A stretch of 64,000 nucleotides of DNA, from positions 608,001-672,000 of the forward strand of contig CAXXGI010000002.1 of the NCBI GenBank assembly GCA_963674695.2, in the 5' to 3' direction. Shown here in pieces: positions 21,476 to 31,371 of the stretch (within the stretch, counting starts at the first letter, position 1; each line of letters begins with the position of its first letter). Source of the DNA: a bacterium. GTDB lineage: Bacteria > UBA10199 > 2-02-FULL-44-16 > JAAZCA01. Both the position numbers and the translations under genes were made by a program. Below the pieces are notes generated by a model, which was given only the letters and a program-made list of their open reading frames with translations, searched no databases and was not told the origin of the DNA.

Positions 21476-22387
21476 CTATCGCCCGGCATCGCGGCAGAGG
21501 CGTTTCCAACGATGATCGATTCCCTGCTGCAAAACGTCGATCTGCTCATCGGTGAGGTGACGGAATCGTCCCTGCATCTTGAGGTAATCCTTCAGCGGCA
21601 CGTCCTTCGGTTCGATGGTGATCGTGATCTCTTCGCCGCCGACCACTTCGTAGAGGGGAAAGGCCTTGCAGTGCGTCGCCCGACGCATCACCTCCACCGA
21701 CTGAGCTGAATCGATCTTCCACCCCGCCGTGCACGAGGAGAGGATGTGGATGAAGCGGAAACCACGGATGCTGCGCGCCTTTTCGAATTTTGCGATCAAA
21801 TCATGCGGAAAGGCGGGGGATGCCGTGGCCAGATACGGAATGCCGTGCGCCATCATGATGCGATCGATGTCCTTCTTGGCCACATCCTTGGGATGATCGA
21901 CCGGCGTGGTCGTCGTCCAGGCGAACTGCGGTGTGGCGCCGGAGCGCTGAATGCCGGTGTTCATATAGGCTTCATTGTCGTAGCAGACGTAGATCACGTT
22001 TTCATTGCGTTCAGCTGCGGCCGAGAGCGATTGCAGGCCGATGTCGAAGGTGCCGCCGTCTCCAGCCCAGCCCAAGACCTGCGTGTCCTCTTTGCCCTGA
22101 ATGTCGAGTGCGGCGCGAATGCCAGAGACGGCCGCGCCCGTCGTCTCGAACGCCGTGTGCAGCAGCGGTACGCGCATGTTGGAATAGGGGAAGGGGCCGG
22201 GGATGACGGCGTAGCAGCAGGCCGGGATGACGACCACCGTATTGTCGCCCAGGGTCTTGAGCGCCATGCGCATGGCCATGGCCGCGCCGCATCCGGGGCA
22301 GGCAAAATGTCCCGCGGTCATCAGCTCGCGCTGCTCGTATTCCTGCTTGGTGATGCCCTGTCCGGTGCTGAGTGGATTTGTATTCAT
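21476..22387 (-). CDS. porB: 2-oxoacid:ferredoxin oxidoreductase beta subunit (TPP-binding)
   Basis: ACPGCG, GDGGTFDIG, YDNEAYMNTGIQRS, QGRFRHL. Confidence 0.92.
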   Translation of the reverse strand: MNTNPLSTGQGITKQEYEQRELMTAGHFACPGCGAAMAMRMALKTLGDNTVVVIPACCYAVIPGPFPYSNMRVPLLHTAFETTGAAVSGIRAALDIQGKEDTQVLGWAGDGGTFDIGLQSLSAAAERNENVIYVCYDNEAYMNTGIQRSGATPQFAWTTTTPVDHPKDVAKKDIDRIMMAHGIPYLATASPAFPHDLIAKFEKARSIRGFRFIHILSSCTAGWKIDSAQSVEVMRRATHCKAFPLYEVVGGEEITITIEPKDVPLKDYLKMQGRFRHLTDEQIDVLQQGIDHRWKRLCRDAGR

Positions 22388-22481
22388 ACATTCCTCAGTA
22401 GGTCATGAGGACGAAGGGAAGGGGGGTTTCGCCCTTCGTCCTTCGCCCGAGATTCCGAAGGAATCGGTCGTCCTTCGGTTG

Positions 22482-23654
22482 TCATCGTTTCAGCCCCACC
22501 CAAATCGGGCCTTCATCGTCGTGGTCGCGCGCGTGCACATAGGCCTCGGTGATGGCATCGGGCGTGATGTCGCGGCCGCCGAGGCCGATGAGGAAGCTCG
22601 TCACCTGGGGGGCATGTGCGAGCCCAAAGAGGGCGGAGCGGATCTCCTGTGCCCAGATGCCACCGTTGCCATGGCTGATGTCGCGATCGAGGATGGCCAG
22701 CTTCTTGATGCGCCGACCGCCGTTGATGTTGCCCACCGCTTCGCGCAGGGCCTGAACCGGAAAGGGGCGGAAGAGGCGCATCTTCATGAGCCCGACTTTT
22801 TCTCCCGCCGCGCGAAGGGTTTCGAGCGCGACGCGCGCGGTCGAGGTGGTCGAGCCGCTCGTGACGATGAGGGTTTCGGCATCATCTGCATCGATGAGTT
22901 CGAGGGCTTCATGGCGGCGCTTGAAACGGCGTGCAAAATCCTTGGCGATGTCGTCGTAGGTCTTCTTGGCCCCTTGGTGTGCCGTCTCCATGAGGTGCCG
23001 AAATTCATAGTAGTGTTCCGGCGTCGTGAGCGGATGGAAGGTGTGCGGCTCGCTCGGGTCGAGCTTGAACCGGGCATTGCGCGCGGGCAGGAATCGGTCG
23101 ACCTCTTTCTGGTCGGGGATCGAGACCGGTTCATAGGTGTGCGAAAGGATGAAGGCATCATAGACGACCATCACCGGGAGCTCCACCGTTTCGGCGAGCT
23201 TGAACGCTATGAGGATTGTATCGAGTACCTCCTGGTTCGTCTCGCAATAGAGTTGAATCCAACCGGTATCGCGCTGGGCGAGCGAGTCGGTCTGGTCGCT
23301 CCAGATGTTCCAGCCCGGCGCCATGGCGCGGTTGACGTTGGTGAGCACGATCGGCAGACGCCCATAGGCTGCCCAGAAGAGCAGCTCGTGCATGAGCGCG
23401 AGCCCCTGGGAGGAGGTGGCGGTGAAGGCGCGTGCGCCCGTCTGGGCGGCGGCGATCGTACAGGCCATCGCGGAATGTTCGGATTCCACCTTGATGAATC
23501 GGGCGTCCAAATCACCGCGCGCGCAGATTTCGGAGAGTTCCTCCACCACCTGCGTCTGCGGCGTGATCGGGTAGGCGGCGATCACCTCCGTGCGCGAAAG
23601 CTTCACGCCTTGAGACGTTGCATGGTTACCCATGAGCACTTCAGTGTGTGACAT
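22482..23654 (-). CDS. porA: 2-oxoacid:ferredoxin oxidoreductase alpha subunit
   Basis: AAYPITPQT, VESEHSA, TATSSQGL, RLFRPFP, GLGGRD. Confidence 0.93.
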   Translation of the reverse strand: MSHTEVLMGNHATSQGVKLSRTEVIAAYPITPQTQVVEELSEICARGDLDARFIKVESEHSAMACTIAAAQTGARAFTATSSQGLALMHELLFWAAYGRLPIVLTNVNRAMAPGWNIWSDQTDSLAQRDTGWIQLYCETNQEVLDTILIAFKLAETVELPVMVVYDAFILSHTYEPVSIPDQKEVDRFLPARNARFKLDPSEPHTFHPLTTPEHYYEFRHLMETAHQGAKKTYDDIAKDFARRFKRRHEALELIDADDAETLIVTSGSTTSTARVALETLRAAGEKVGLMKMRLFRPFPVQALREAVGNINGGRRIKKLAILDRDISHGNGGIWAQEIRSALFGLAHAPQVTSFLIGLGGRDITPDAITEAYVHARDHDDEGPIWVGLKR

Positions 23655-23668
23655 CGAATCTCCTCCTT

Positions 23669-23761
23669 CGGGACCCGGGATTCGGGGTTCGGGAACCGAA
23701 AACCAACAAACAATTTTTCGATTTTGATCTTCGGGTCCCGAATCTCGGGTCCCGAATCCCG
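23669..23761. repeat. Inverted heptamer-repeat element (GGGACCC/GGGATTC ... GGGTCCC/GAATCTC)
   Basis: Same architecture and central core as 563-643. Confidence 0.75.
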
Positions 23762-23764
23762 TTT

Positions 23765-25573
23765 TTAGAGGTCCGTCGGTTCCTCAATCATCTCTACCGC
23801 AGCGCGCGGACATTCCTGCATGCAGACGCCGCAGCCCTTGCAGAAGAAGTAGTCGATCTCAAAGCCGCCCGTTTTTTTTGCGATGGCGACATCCGGGCAA
23901 TAGATGAAGCAGTTGTCGCACTCCGTACAGCGGCCGCAGTGAAAACAGCGGGCCAGTTCCGTCTGTTGCGTAGCGGCATCAATCGTGGGGTGTACCTCGG
24001 CGAACCCCCCGTCGGCCAGCCGTGCCTCCACATCGAGCGAAGGTGTGGAGGCCGGTTCCGAATACGGAAAATAGGCGGCATTGAGCTCTTCGAATGTGAC
24101 CACTTTGTTCTGGAGGTCGAGTTCGGATGTCGTCGACGTGCGCGGCAGCGTTCCCGTGCGATGTTGGAGATAACGGCTCATCACGATGGCATTGGAATCC
24201 GGCATGCGGATCGCGTCGAAGACCGCCTCCATGTTTTCACCGCGCAGGAGACAATCGATGGCGATCGCGCTGCGTTTTCCCGAGGCGACGGCATCCACGA
24301 CGGTGCGAGGCTGAGCGATAAAGTCGCCTCCGGCGAAGACGTTCGACCATTCCGTGCGTCCGCCATCGCGCGTCTTGATCGCGCCGTTTTCGATGGGCAG
24401 CGCCGACGGGATGATCGAGGTCTCGATCTCCTCGCCGATGGCGGTGAGAATCGTATTGCCTTCGAAGATCACTTCCTCCTCTTCGGCGGGGACGGGGCGC
24501 CGACGGCCGCTCTCATCCGGTTCGTCCAGGACCATCGGTTGGCAGGCGAGCCCCGCTATCGCCCCCTGTTTGACGACGATGCGCCGGGGTTCGACCAGTT
24601 CGCGAAGCTCCACGCCCTCGGCGAGCGCGGCCTCCACCTCTTCGGCAAACGCCGGCATCTCCATGCGCGAGCGCCGGTAGAGAAGCGTGACCTCGCTTCC
24701 CATCCGACGCGCGGTGCGGGCGGTATCGATGGCGGTGTTGCCGCCGCCGACGACGAGCACCTGCTTGCCGATCTTGGGGTCGCGTTTGGCCGCCACCGTG
24801 CGCAGAAATTCAAGTCCCGGCATGATGCCGTGCTGTTTTTCATCGGCCAGCCCCAACGGTCTGGATTTGTTCGCGCCGATGGCCAGGAAGACGGCGTTGT
24901 AGTCCTGCCGCAGCGGTTGCATATGGGACGCGTCGCGGATGCCGTGGTCAAGTTTGAAGGTGATGCCCATGCGCTCGAATCGAGCGATTTCGCGATCGAG
25001 CACATCGTCGGGCAGACGGTAGGCGGGGATGCCATAGCGCAGCATGCCGCCGGCGAGCTTGGTGCGCTCGAAGACGGTGACGTCATGGCCCAGGCGCGTG
25101 AGGTGGTAAGCGGCAGAGAGTCCTGCCGGACCCGATCCGATTACGGCGATGCTCTTGCCGCTCTTGGGAAAATGCGCCGCCGCTGTGGGGAGCGTCTCGC
25201 CCATCGCGTCGCCCAGGGCGCGCTCGAGCATCGGGATGTTGACCGTGCCGCCCAGCTCATTCCGGTTGCACTTCGACGTGCAGGGGTGAAAGCAGACGCG
25301 CCCCATCACGGCGGGGAAGGGACTCTCGAGTGTGGCGACCTCCCAGGCCTTCTCCAGGTTGCCCTCTTCGAAGAAACGAATCCATCCCTCGATGTCGCAT
25401 GAAGTGGGGCAGGCATGCTGGCAGGCGGGGATGCGTTCGACGTATCGCGGACGCATGTAGCGCCAGGTGCCCGTCTCATTCCATTCGGTCGTGGCCAGCG
25501 CCATCGTAAACGGCGGCATCTGCGTTTCGCTCTCAAAGTGGATGGCCTCAGGACGCTTCATCTGCTTACTCAT
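23765..25573 (-). CDS. GltD/NfnB-like FAD/NAD(P) oxidoreductase fused with a PorD-type 2x[4Fe-4S] ferredoxin
   Basis: TGTWRYMRP, CQHACP, GRVCFHPC, GSGPAG, GGGNTAID, C-terminal CTECDNCFIYCP and CKGCGVCMQECP. Confidence 0.88.
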   Translation of the reverse strand: MSKQMKRPEAIHFESETQMPPFTMALATTEWNETGTWRYMRPRYVERIPACQHACPTSCDIEGWIRFFEEGNLEKAWEVATLESPFPAVMGRVCFHPCTSKCNRNELGGTVNIPMLERALGDAMGETLPTAAAHFPKSGKSIAVIGSGPAGLSAAYHLTRLGHDVTVFERTKLAGGMLRYGIPAYRLPDDVLDREIARFERMGITFKLDHGIRDASHMQPLRQDYNAVFLAIGANKSRPLGLADEKQHGIMPGLEFLRTVAAKRDPKIGKQVLVVGGGNTAIDTARTARRMGSEVTLLYRRSRMEMPAFAEEVEAALAEGVELRELVEPRRIVVKQGAIAGLACQPMVLDEPDESGRRRPVPAEEEEVIFEGNTILTAIGEEIETSIIPSALPIENGAIKTRDGGRTEWSNVFAGGDFIAQPRTVVDAVASGKRSAIAIDCLLRGENMEAVFDAIRMPDSNAIVMSRYLQHRTGTLPRTSTTSELDLQNKVVTFEELNAAYFPYSEPASTPSLDVEARLADGGFAEVHPTIDAATQQTELARCFHCGRCTECDNCFIYCPDVAIAKKTGGFEIDYFFCKGCGVCMQECPRAAVEMIEEPTDL

Positions 25574-26193
25574 ATCCGACCCTCCGGCTCGATCGTTTCC
25601 GTTGTCGCTGTGGCCTCGCCGGGGATTTCTTTTCCGGCATAACGAACGTCTTCATACGCTTCTTGCGCGGCTTTCGCGTTTGCCTCCGCCTTGATCGGGA
25701 CGCCTTTTTTGATAGCGGCGCAAATGGCCTCGATCGAGCAGATGCCGGTAACGCGGCAGAAGGCGCCGAGGATCGCCGTGTTGACGATGGGGCTCATGGC
25801 CGAGCCCAGCCGGTGGCGCACGGCAATCTGGCTCGCGTCCACGGTGGCCACGCGAAGCCCCTCGAGTTCGGGGCGGTGGACAAGCTCCGATGGATCGCGC
25901 GGCGTATTGATGAGCACCCATCCTTCTCGCTTGAACCCGTTGAATGTCGCCGGATTCTTCAGCAGCGTGGGGTCTAAGATGATGAGGTGATCGGGCGTGT
26001 AGATCTGGCTGCGCAGGTCGATGCGTTTGTCATCGATACGCACAAACGCCATGACCGGCGCCCCGCGACGTTCGACGCCGAAGGTGGGGAAGGCCTGAAC
26101 GAACTGGCCTTCGGTGAAGACCGCGGTGGCCAGGATCTTGCCGCCGATGACGGCCCCCTGTCCCCCACGTCCGTGAAAGCGAATTTCGATCAT
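25570..26193 (-). CDS. porC: 2-oxoacid:ferredoxin oxidoreductase gamma subunit
   Basis: [30 protein letters not shown]; GGAGG RBS. Confidence 0.93.
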
Positions 26194-26231
26194 ATGGAGC
26201 CTCCGAGTGTTCCCAGCTACAAAGAACAGTC

Positions 26232-26396
26232 GGGCACCTCTAAAAACCAGGGTTTGGAAACCGCCTCCCGGGGAAATCATGTGCATCTTTCCGCCAAAGG
26301 CGGACCCGCCTCTGGCGGGCACAACGACGATGAAGCTTGTTCCAGACGCACATGATTTCCCCTCGCGGCGGCTCGTATGAGTTTTGAGAGGTGCCC
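26232..26396. mobile_element. 165-bp MITE with 16-bp imperfect TIRs and 4-bp target duplication AGTC
   Basis: GGGCACCTCTAAAAAC ... GTTTTGAGAGGTGCCC, flanked by AGTC at 26228-26231 and 26397-26400; internal long stem. Confidence 0.8.
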
Positions 26397-26503
26397 AGTC
26401 ATCTTCATATCGTAATAGCCTTTGCTGTCAAATCCGATTTCCGGGGGAGCAGGGCGCAGGGGTATTTTAGGGGGTTTCGGTCGAAAGGAGCCGAGGGCGC
26501 GTT

Positions 26504-27178
26504 TTAGTCCAGTCCATGGGCGTGCAATTGTTCGCGGATGCGGATCGCGGCAACGGCGAAGCGTGCGCGATAGGCGGGGTGGGTGATCATCTTCGGGTTG
26601 GGCAGGAGCGAGGCGAGTTGTGCGGCTTCCTGCTCCCCAAGTTTCGAGGCGGGTTTGCCGAAATAGTATTGGGCCCCGAGTTCGGCGCCATAGATGCGCG
26701 GCGCAAACTCGGCGACGTTGAGATAGAGTTCGAGGATGCGTTCTTTGGAGAGCATCGCTTCCATCGCGAACGCGATCCAGAGTTCATTCCACTTGCGTTG
26801 CCAGGTGCGCTCCGGTTTCAAGAAGATGTTTTTGGCCGTCTGCATCGTGATGGAGCTCGCGCCGAGCACGATGCGTCGCGCTCCGAGATCGATGATGACG
26901 GCATGGACGAGCGATTGCCAGGCGATGCCCGGATGATCGAAGAAGTGGGGATCTTCGGCGATGAGAACGGCACGGCGCAGCGCGGGCGAGATCCGTTCGA
27001 GCGAGACGACCTGCTGCACGGCCGGACGATGACAGGTGCGCATGAAGGGGGTGGAGCTCGGGGTATGATGCGACAGGTGCGCCACGGCAAGCCCGCCGCG
27101 CAGGACGAGGATCGCCCCCGCGACCAGAGCGGCCGCGAGGATGAGAACGATTATGGTGTGAAAGGGTTGCCTCATCAT
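26504..27178 (-). CDS. mtgA: Monofunctional peptidoglycan transglycosylase (GT51)
   Basis: AEDPHFFDH, GASSITMQTAKN, RKWNE, SKERILELYLN, LLPNP; N-terminal TM segment. Confidence 0.88.
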   Translation of the reverse strand: MMRQPFHTIIVLILAAALVAGAILVLRGGLAVAHLSHHTPSSTPFMRTCHRPAVQQVVSLERISPALRRAVLIAEDPHFFDHPGIAWQSLVHAVIIDLGARRIVLGASSITMQTAKNIFLKPERTWQRKWNELWIAFAMEAMLSKERILELYLNVAEFAPRIYGAELGAQYYFGKPASKLGEQEAAQLASLLPNPKMITHPAYRARFAVAAIRIREQLHAHGLD

Positions 27179-27186
27179 TCCTATTC

Positions 27187-28335
27187 TTAGATGCCATCCA
27201 GTTGGGCGACGCCGGCGTCGCAGAAGACGATCTCTTTGGTCGTCTTTGTGCCGTTGGCCAGCATGACCTCGAGGATCGCCTTGGTCGTTACGTCGGGTCT
27301 GGTGCCGCATTTTCGTTTCGGCATGAGTGCATGCCCCTTTGCGGTGCCGGTGATCTCGAACTGCTTGCAACTGACGACCGTGTCACCCTCTTCGGTAGAG
27401 CAGTCCTGCGGGACGCTCGCCGGGTTGCCCTTCGCTGTGAGATAGGCTGCCGGCAGATCGACGGCGTCGATGAGTCCCGAGAGCCACGAGGCATCGCGCT
27501 GTTTCGCCTCTGCCATATCCCAGGCGACATAACGCGTGATCATATCCTTTGATCCTTCTGTGTAGTGATAGTCGTTCACATAATCGAATTCGGGATGAAG
27601 GAAGTGAGCACCCGTGATCGGCATGCGGATAACGGCCAATATCGCGTCGGCGGGAATCTCCCAGTCGATACGATAGATTGCCCTGGCATGATCTACGCTG
27701 CGCCAGAGGGCGTGCGCTGAGTTGTAGTTCACGCCGAGGTTGGGATCCATGAGACATTTGAAATAATGGCTCGACCAACTCTCCTCAAACTCGCACGGCG
27801 ACATCCTCGCCACGAGGTCTGCCGTGAGGGAGAGGCCGTTGACGTCGACATCGTCGTCGTCATCATCGCCGACAACATCGTCGTCATCGTCGTCATCATC
27901 GCCCACGACGGCCGCGTCCGTGATGACCAGATCCATGGCATTGGACTCAACTTGTCCCTCATCCGTCTCGCGCACGACCTTGACCGACACGGTCCCCGCC
28001 TCGACCTGGGGTACCAGGAACGGAATCTGCCCGTCGATCGCATCGGGCTGGGTTGAACCCATGAGGGTGGAGAGGAAGGCGTTGCTGCTGACCGTCGCCT
28101 TGATGGTCTGATCGCCCACCATCACCTCGTCGGTCGTCGCATCGAGCCCTTCGCCATAGAGGATGACCGTCTCGCCGGGTGCCGCCTCGGACACGCTCAT
28201 CCCGGTGAGCGTGATGCTGCCGCTCAGCGAGGCATCGCCGTCGAGTTCTTCGCCCAGGATATCGCCGTCACTGCCGGCACAGCCGGAGACGAATCCCAGG
28301 GTCAGGATGATGCTGAGAATGAGGATCGTTCGCAT
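27187..28335 (-). CDS. Lipoprotein with IPT/TIG-like domain and poly-Asp linker
   Basis: MRTILILSIILTLGFVSG-C lipobox; PGETVILYGEG..VPQVEAGTVSVKV; (VVGD7-8)x2; AAGGAG RBS. Confidence 0.75.
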   Translation of the reverse strand: MRTILILSIILTLGFVSGCAGSDGDILGEELDGDASLSGSITLTGMSVSEAAPGETVILYGEGLDATTDEVMVGDQTIKATVSSNAFLSTLMGSTQPDAIDGQIPFLVPQVEAGTVSVKVVRETDEGQVESNAMDLVITDAAVVGDDDDDDDDVVGDDDDDDVDVNGLSLTADLVARMSPCEFEESWSSHYFKCLMDPNLGVNYNSAHALWRSVDHARAIYRIDWEIPADAILAVIRMPITGAHFLHPEFDYVNDYHYTEGSKDMITRYVAWDMAEAKQRDASWLSGLIDAVDLPAAYLTAKGNPASVPQDCSTEEGDTVVSCKQFEITGTAKGHALMPKRKCGTRPDVTTKAILEVMLANGTKTTKEIVFCDAGVAQLDGI

Positions 28336-28525
28336 ACAGGTCTCCTTGCATACTGCTCCCCCCGTGATTGAGGTATCGGTTGGCGTGGATAGCAATATTT
28401 TCAAATGAGGCCGGTGAGCGAAGACAGATGTCGACACTACGGAAATCCCACTGAAATTATTGTGTTTTTTGGTGAAGTGTGACCGTTCCATCTGGCCGGT
28501 TTTTTCCACTTTTTATCTGGCGGAA

Positions 28526-28553
28526 GGAACTTCAGGGTGCAGCGAGACGATAA
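28526..28553 (+). promoter_or_regulatory. sigma28-like promoter GGAACTTC-N12-GACGATAA
   Basis: Read directly, about 130 nt upstream of the TIGR02147-like gene. Confidence 0.45.
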
Positions 28554-28686
28554 TACGGGTAGAAGCAGTATAGGAATGGCGTTCGATGAGGTAAAAAAAT
28601 GACAGTATTGATATCGTTCTGGCATATATTTTGCTCATAAAGAGGGGTGGTGAGAAGGGGGCTGTCTCCTTCTTGAGGAGTCGCGC

Positions 28687-29517
28687 GTGAAGACGATCTT
28701 CGAATATCTGGAGTATCGGGAGTTTCTCAAGGACCTGATCGTCGATCGGAGGGCCCGCGACATCTCCGTGCGCGCCCTCTCCCAACGCGCAGGCTTCAAA
28801 TCGCCCAACTATCTTCAGCTCATCGCCGAAGGGAAGCGCAACTTGAGTCCTGCGTCGTTGGCCAAACTCGCCGACTATCTCAAGTTCAAGGGGGCCGAGC
28901 GCGAGTTCTTCGAAAACCTCGTGCTGATGAACCAGGCCGCGAGTGCGGAGCAGCAGCGCTATTATTCCGAGCGCCTCATGGCCTCGCGCCGTTTCATCGC
29001 GCTGCGCCACCTCGAGCACGATCAATACGAATACTTTACGAAGTGGTACTACGCGGCCGTGCGCGAATTGGTGCTTCTGCCCGGCTTCAAAGACGATGCG
29101 GAGTGGATTGCACGCACGCTCGTGCCCAACGTCACCATTCGGCAGGCGGCTGATGCGATGGCGCTGCTCAAGCGGCTGGAACTCGTACGCGTTGGACGCG
29201 GTGGTCGTGTCACCCAGACCGATCGCGACATCGGCACGCCACCGCAGATTGCGGGCGCGGCTGCTTTTCATTTTCATCGCGAGATGCTTGAGCGCGCGCA
29301 GCAGTCGATCGACGCCTTCGCCGCAGATGAGCGCGAGATCTCTGCGCTCACGATCGCCGTCTCGGAAGAGGAGTTTCGGAAAGCGCGGCGACGTCTGCGC
29401 GAATTTCGCAGCAAGCTGCACGCAGACCTGGGGCGGGATGGAAATGCCGGACGGGTCTATCAGCTCAACATGCAGTTCTTTCCGTTGAGCCAGGAGGTGC
29501 GACGTGGGAAATCTTAA
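28687..29517 (+). CDS. TIGR02147/DUF4423-family HTH protein
   Basis: IFEYLEYREFL, GFKSPNYL..GKRNLS, WYYAAVREL, FHREML, VYQLNMQFFPLS. Confidence 0.85.
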   Translation: MKTIFEYLEYREFLKDLIVDRRARDISVRALSQRAGFKSPNYLQLIAEGKRNLSPASLAKLADYLKFKGAEREFFENLVLMNQAASAEQQRYYSERLMASRRFIALRHLEHDQYEYFTKWYYAAVRELVLLPGFKDDAEWIARTLVPNVTIRQAADAMALLKRLELVRVGRGGRVTQTDRDIGTPPQIAGAAAFHFHREMLERAQQSIDAFAADEREISALTIAVSEEEFRKARRRLREFRSKLHADLGRDGNAGRVYQLNMQFFPLSQEVRRGKS

Positions 29518-30298
29518 ACTCTTTATTATCGCTATCATCATTGCCGGCGTCGCCGCCTGCAGCGGTGTGCAGCGCGGGACCGATGTGGGCAATCCGATCG
29601 AAGAGAGCGAGGTGGTCGTCTATAAGGTCGCCGCGCACGGCTATGTGATGACCGCACCCGTAGGGTGGAATGCCATCCAGGAGGGAGACGCCTTTCTCTT
29701 TGCCGCACCCGATGCGAGCCAGTCGGTGCAGGCGCTCTTTCGCGAAGTCGGTGTGCAGGCGGATCCGCAGGCGTTTTTGATGGCGGATGCGGGCGCTGGT
29801 GCGGTCGTGGTTCCGGGCGCGGTGCCTGCGGTGCGGGTCGCGGCGACGAGTCTTTCGGCGCAACACACGAAGGCGGCGGGCGCTCGTGATTCCGGTGCGA
29901 TTGAAGTGCGCTATCTCGGTGCGGATCGGAACCAGATGTTACGGGTGATCGGACCGGAGGAATTGGTGCAGGTCGAACTGGATCCGAGTTGGAAGCCGGA
30001 AGCGGCAGCCGAAGGGGACGATGATGACGATGATGCTGCGCCGCCGCCGCCAGTTCGTGAGACGCAGAACGTCGAGATTGAGTCCCCCCCTCGCATTGGC
30101 GGGATCCATGAGATGGAGCGAGCCGAGGACCCGCGCATATTGAGGGATGAAGACGACGATGATGATGCGGCAACGCTCGAGCCACCTGAAGCGCCGAAGT
30201 CGATGGCGTGCGAGACCGTCACGGAATGTACCGATGGCATCTGTATCCGCGTGCTTAAGTGTGAAGAGGTGGAGTTGGAGGAAGGTTCGGACGAGTGA
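29504..30298 (+). CDS. Lipoprotein with acidic linkers
   Basis: IIIAGVAA-C lipobox, GTDVGNP after the Cys, AGGAGG RBS, overlaps the upstream stop. Confidence 0.75.
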   Translation: MGNLKLFIIAIIIAGVAACSGVQRGTDVGNPIEESEVVVYKVAAHGYVMTAPVGWNAIQEGDAFLFAAPDASQSVQALFREVGVQADPQAFLMADAGAGAVVVPGAVPAVRVAATSLSAQHTKAAGARDSGAIEVRYLGADRNQMLRVIGPEELVQVELDPSWKPEAAAEGDDDDDDAAPPPPVRETQNVEIESPPRIGGIHEMERAEDPRILRDEDDDDDAATLEPPEAPKSMACETVTECTDGICIRVLKCEEVELEEGSDE

Positions 30299-30371
30299 CA
30301 TTGTGATTGCTGATTTGTTCCCAGACTGCTGACAAAGTCATTTCATCTTGTCATTATCTAAAAACGAAGGG

Positions 30372-30467
30372 TGTCATTCCCGCGAAAGCAGCCTGCCCGC
30401 CGGTTGTGTGGCGGGGGAATCTCGCTTTTTACGGTACATCGAGATCCCCGCCTGCGCGGGGATGACA
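30372..30467. repeat. Composite REP-like palindrome with CCTGCCCGCCGGTTGTGTGGCGG insert
   Basis: GTCATTCCCGCG...CGCGGGGATGAC; the same insert recurs inverted at about 36593 and 61621. Confidence 0.8.
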
Positions 30468-30507
30468 AAAGACGGGTTTGTCATCAATGCAATGGAAGGG
30501 GTTGCCC

Positions 30508-31371
30508 TTACACCGGATCGCTGTGGGCGGTGACCTGCGCGCCAGGGATCGCCTTCCCGATGTCGGCCACGATCGTCTCGGTCATGGCGTGTGCCTCTTC
30601 AAAACTCAGGTGTCGATCGATCTCCAGGTGAAACTCGATGTGTTTCTCCGCGCCCACCTGCCGCGTGCGCAGACGATGATAGCCGTGTACCATCGGTTCG
30701 TGCTGACGGATGCAGCGATCGATGATGGCGATGACATTTTGAGGCAGCGCCCGGTCCATGAGCTGGGTGATCGCCTCGTGCCCGACGCGCAGTGCGGAAA
30801 AGGCGATATAGAGCGAGATGAGGATGGAGATCACCGGGTCGGCGTTGGTCACATGCGCCCATCGCTCCAGCACGAGGGCGATGATGACACCGATGTTCGT
30901 CCAGACGTCCGCCCCAAAATTCAGCGCGCTTCCGGTCAGCGCGACCGATTCCGTCTGTCGTCCGACATTCCGTAAATAGCGCGCCAAGAGAGCGCTGCTG
31001 ATGATGGCCACCACCATCACCGCGATGCCGACCGTCTCGTCTTCGAGCTGGTAGCCCCGCGCGATGCGCCGAAAGGCGTGGGTGATGAGAAATATCGCTG
31101 AAGCGAGGATGAAGGCGGCCTGGATGAGCCCGGCGATGGCCTCCGCTTTGCCATGCCCGAACTGGTGTTTCTCATCGGCCGGTTTCTCCGCCGTGCGCAC
31201 GCCCGCGAGTGCCACCCCGGTGGAGAAAACATCCATGAGCGAATCGAGCGCGCTGGCTAACACCGCGATCGACAGGGTCAGCCATCCGACGGTCGCCTTG
31301 ATGAGGGTGAGGCTGGCAGCGACCAGGATGGAGACGACGGCGGCGCGCGATTTCGGGGACATGGCCATCAT
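30508..31371 (-). CDS. Cation diffusion facilitator transporter (FieF-like)
   Basis: ASALDSLMD, PADEKHQFGHGKAE, HRLRTR, HSDP; start overlaps the kinase stop. Confidence 0.92.
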   Translation of the reverse strand: MMAMSPKSRAAVVSILVAASLTLIKATVGWLTLSIAVLASALDSLMDVFSTGVALAGVRTAEKPADEKHQFGHGKAEAIAGLIQAAFILASAIFLITHAFRRIARGYQLEDETVGIAVMVVAIISSALLARYLRNVGRQTESVALTGSALNFGADVWTNIGVIIALVLERWAHVTNADPVISILISLYIAFSALRVGHEAITQLMDRALPQNVIAIIDRCIRQHEPMVHGYHRLRTRQVGAEKHIEFHLEIDRHLSFEEAHAMTETIVADIGKAIPGAQVTAHSDPV

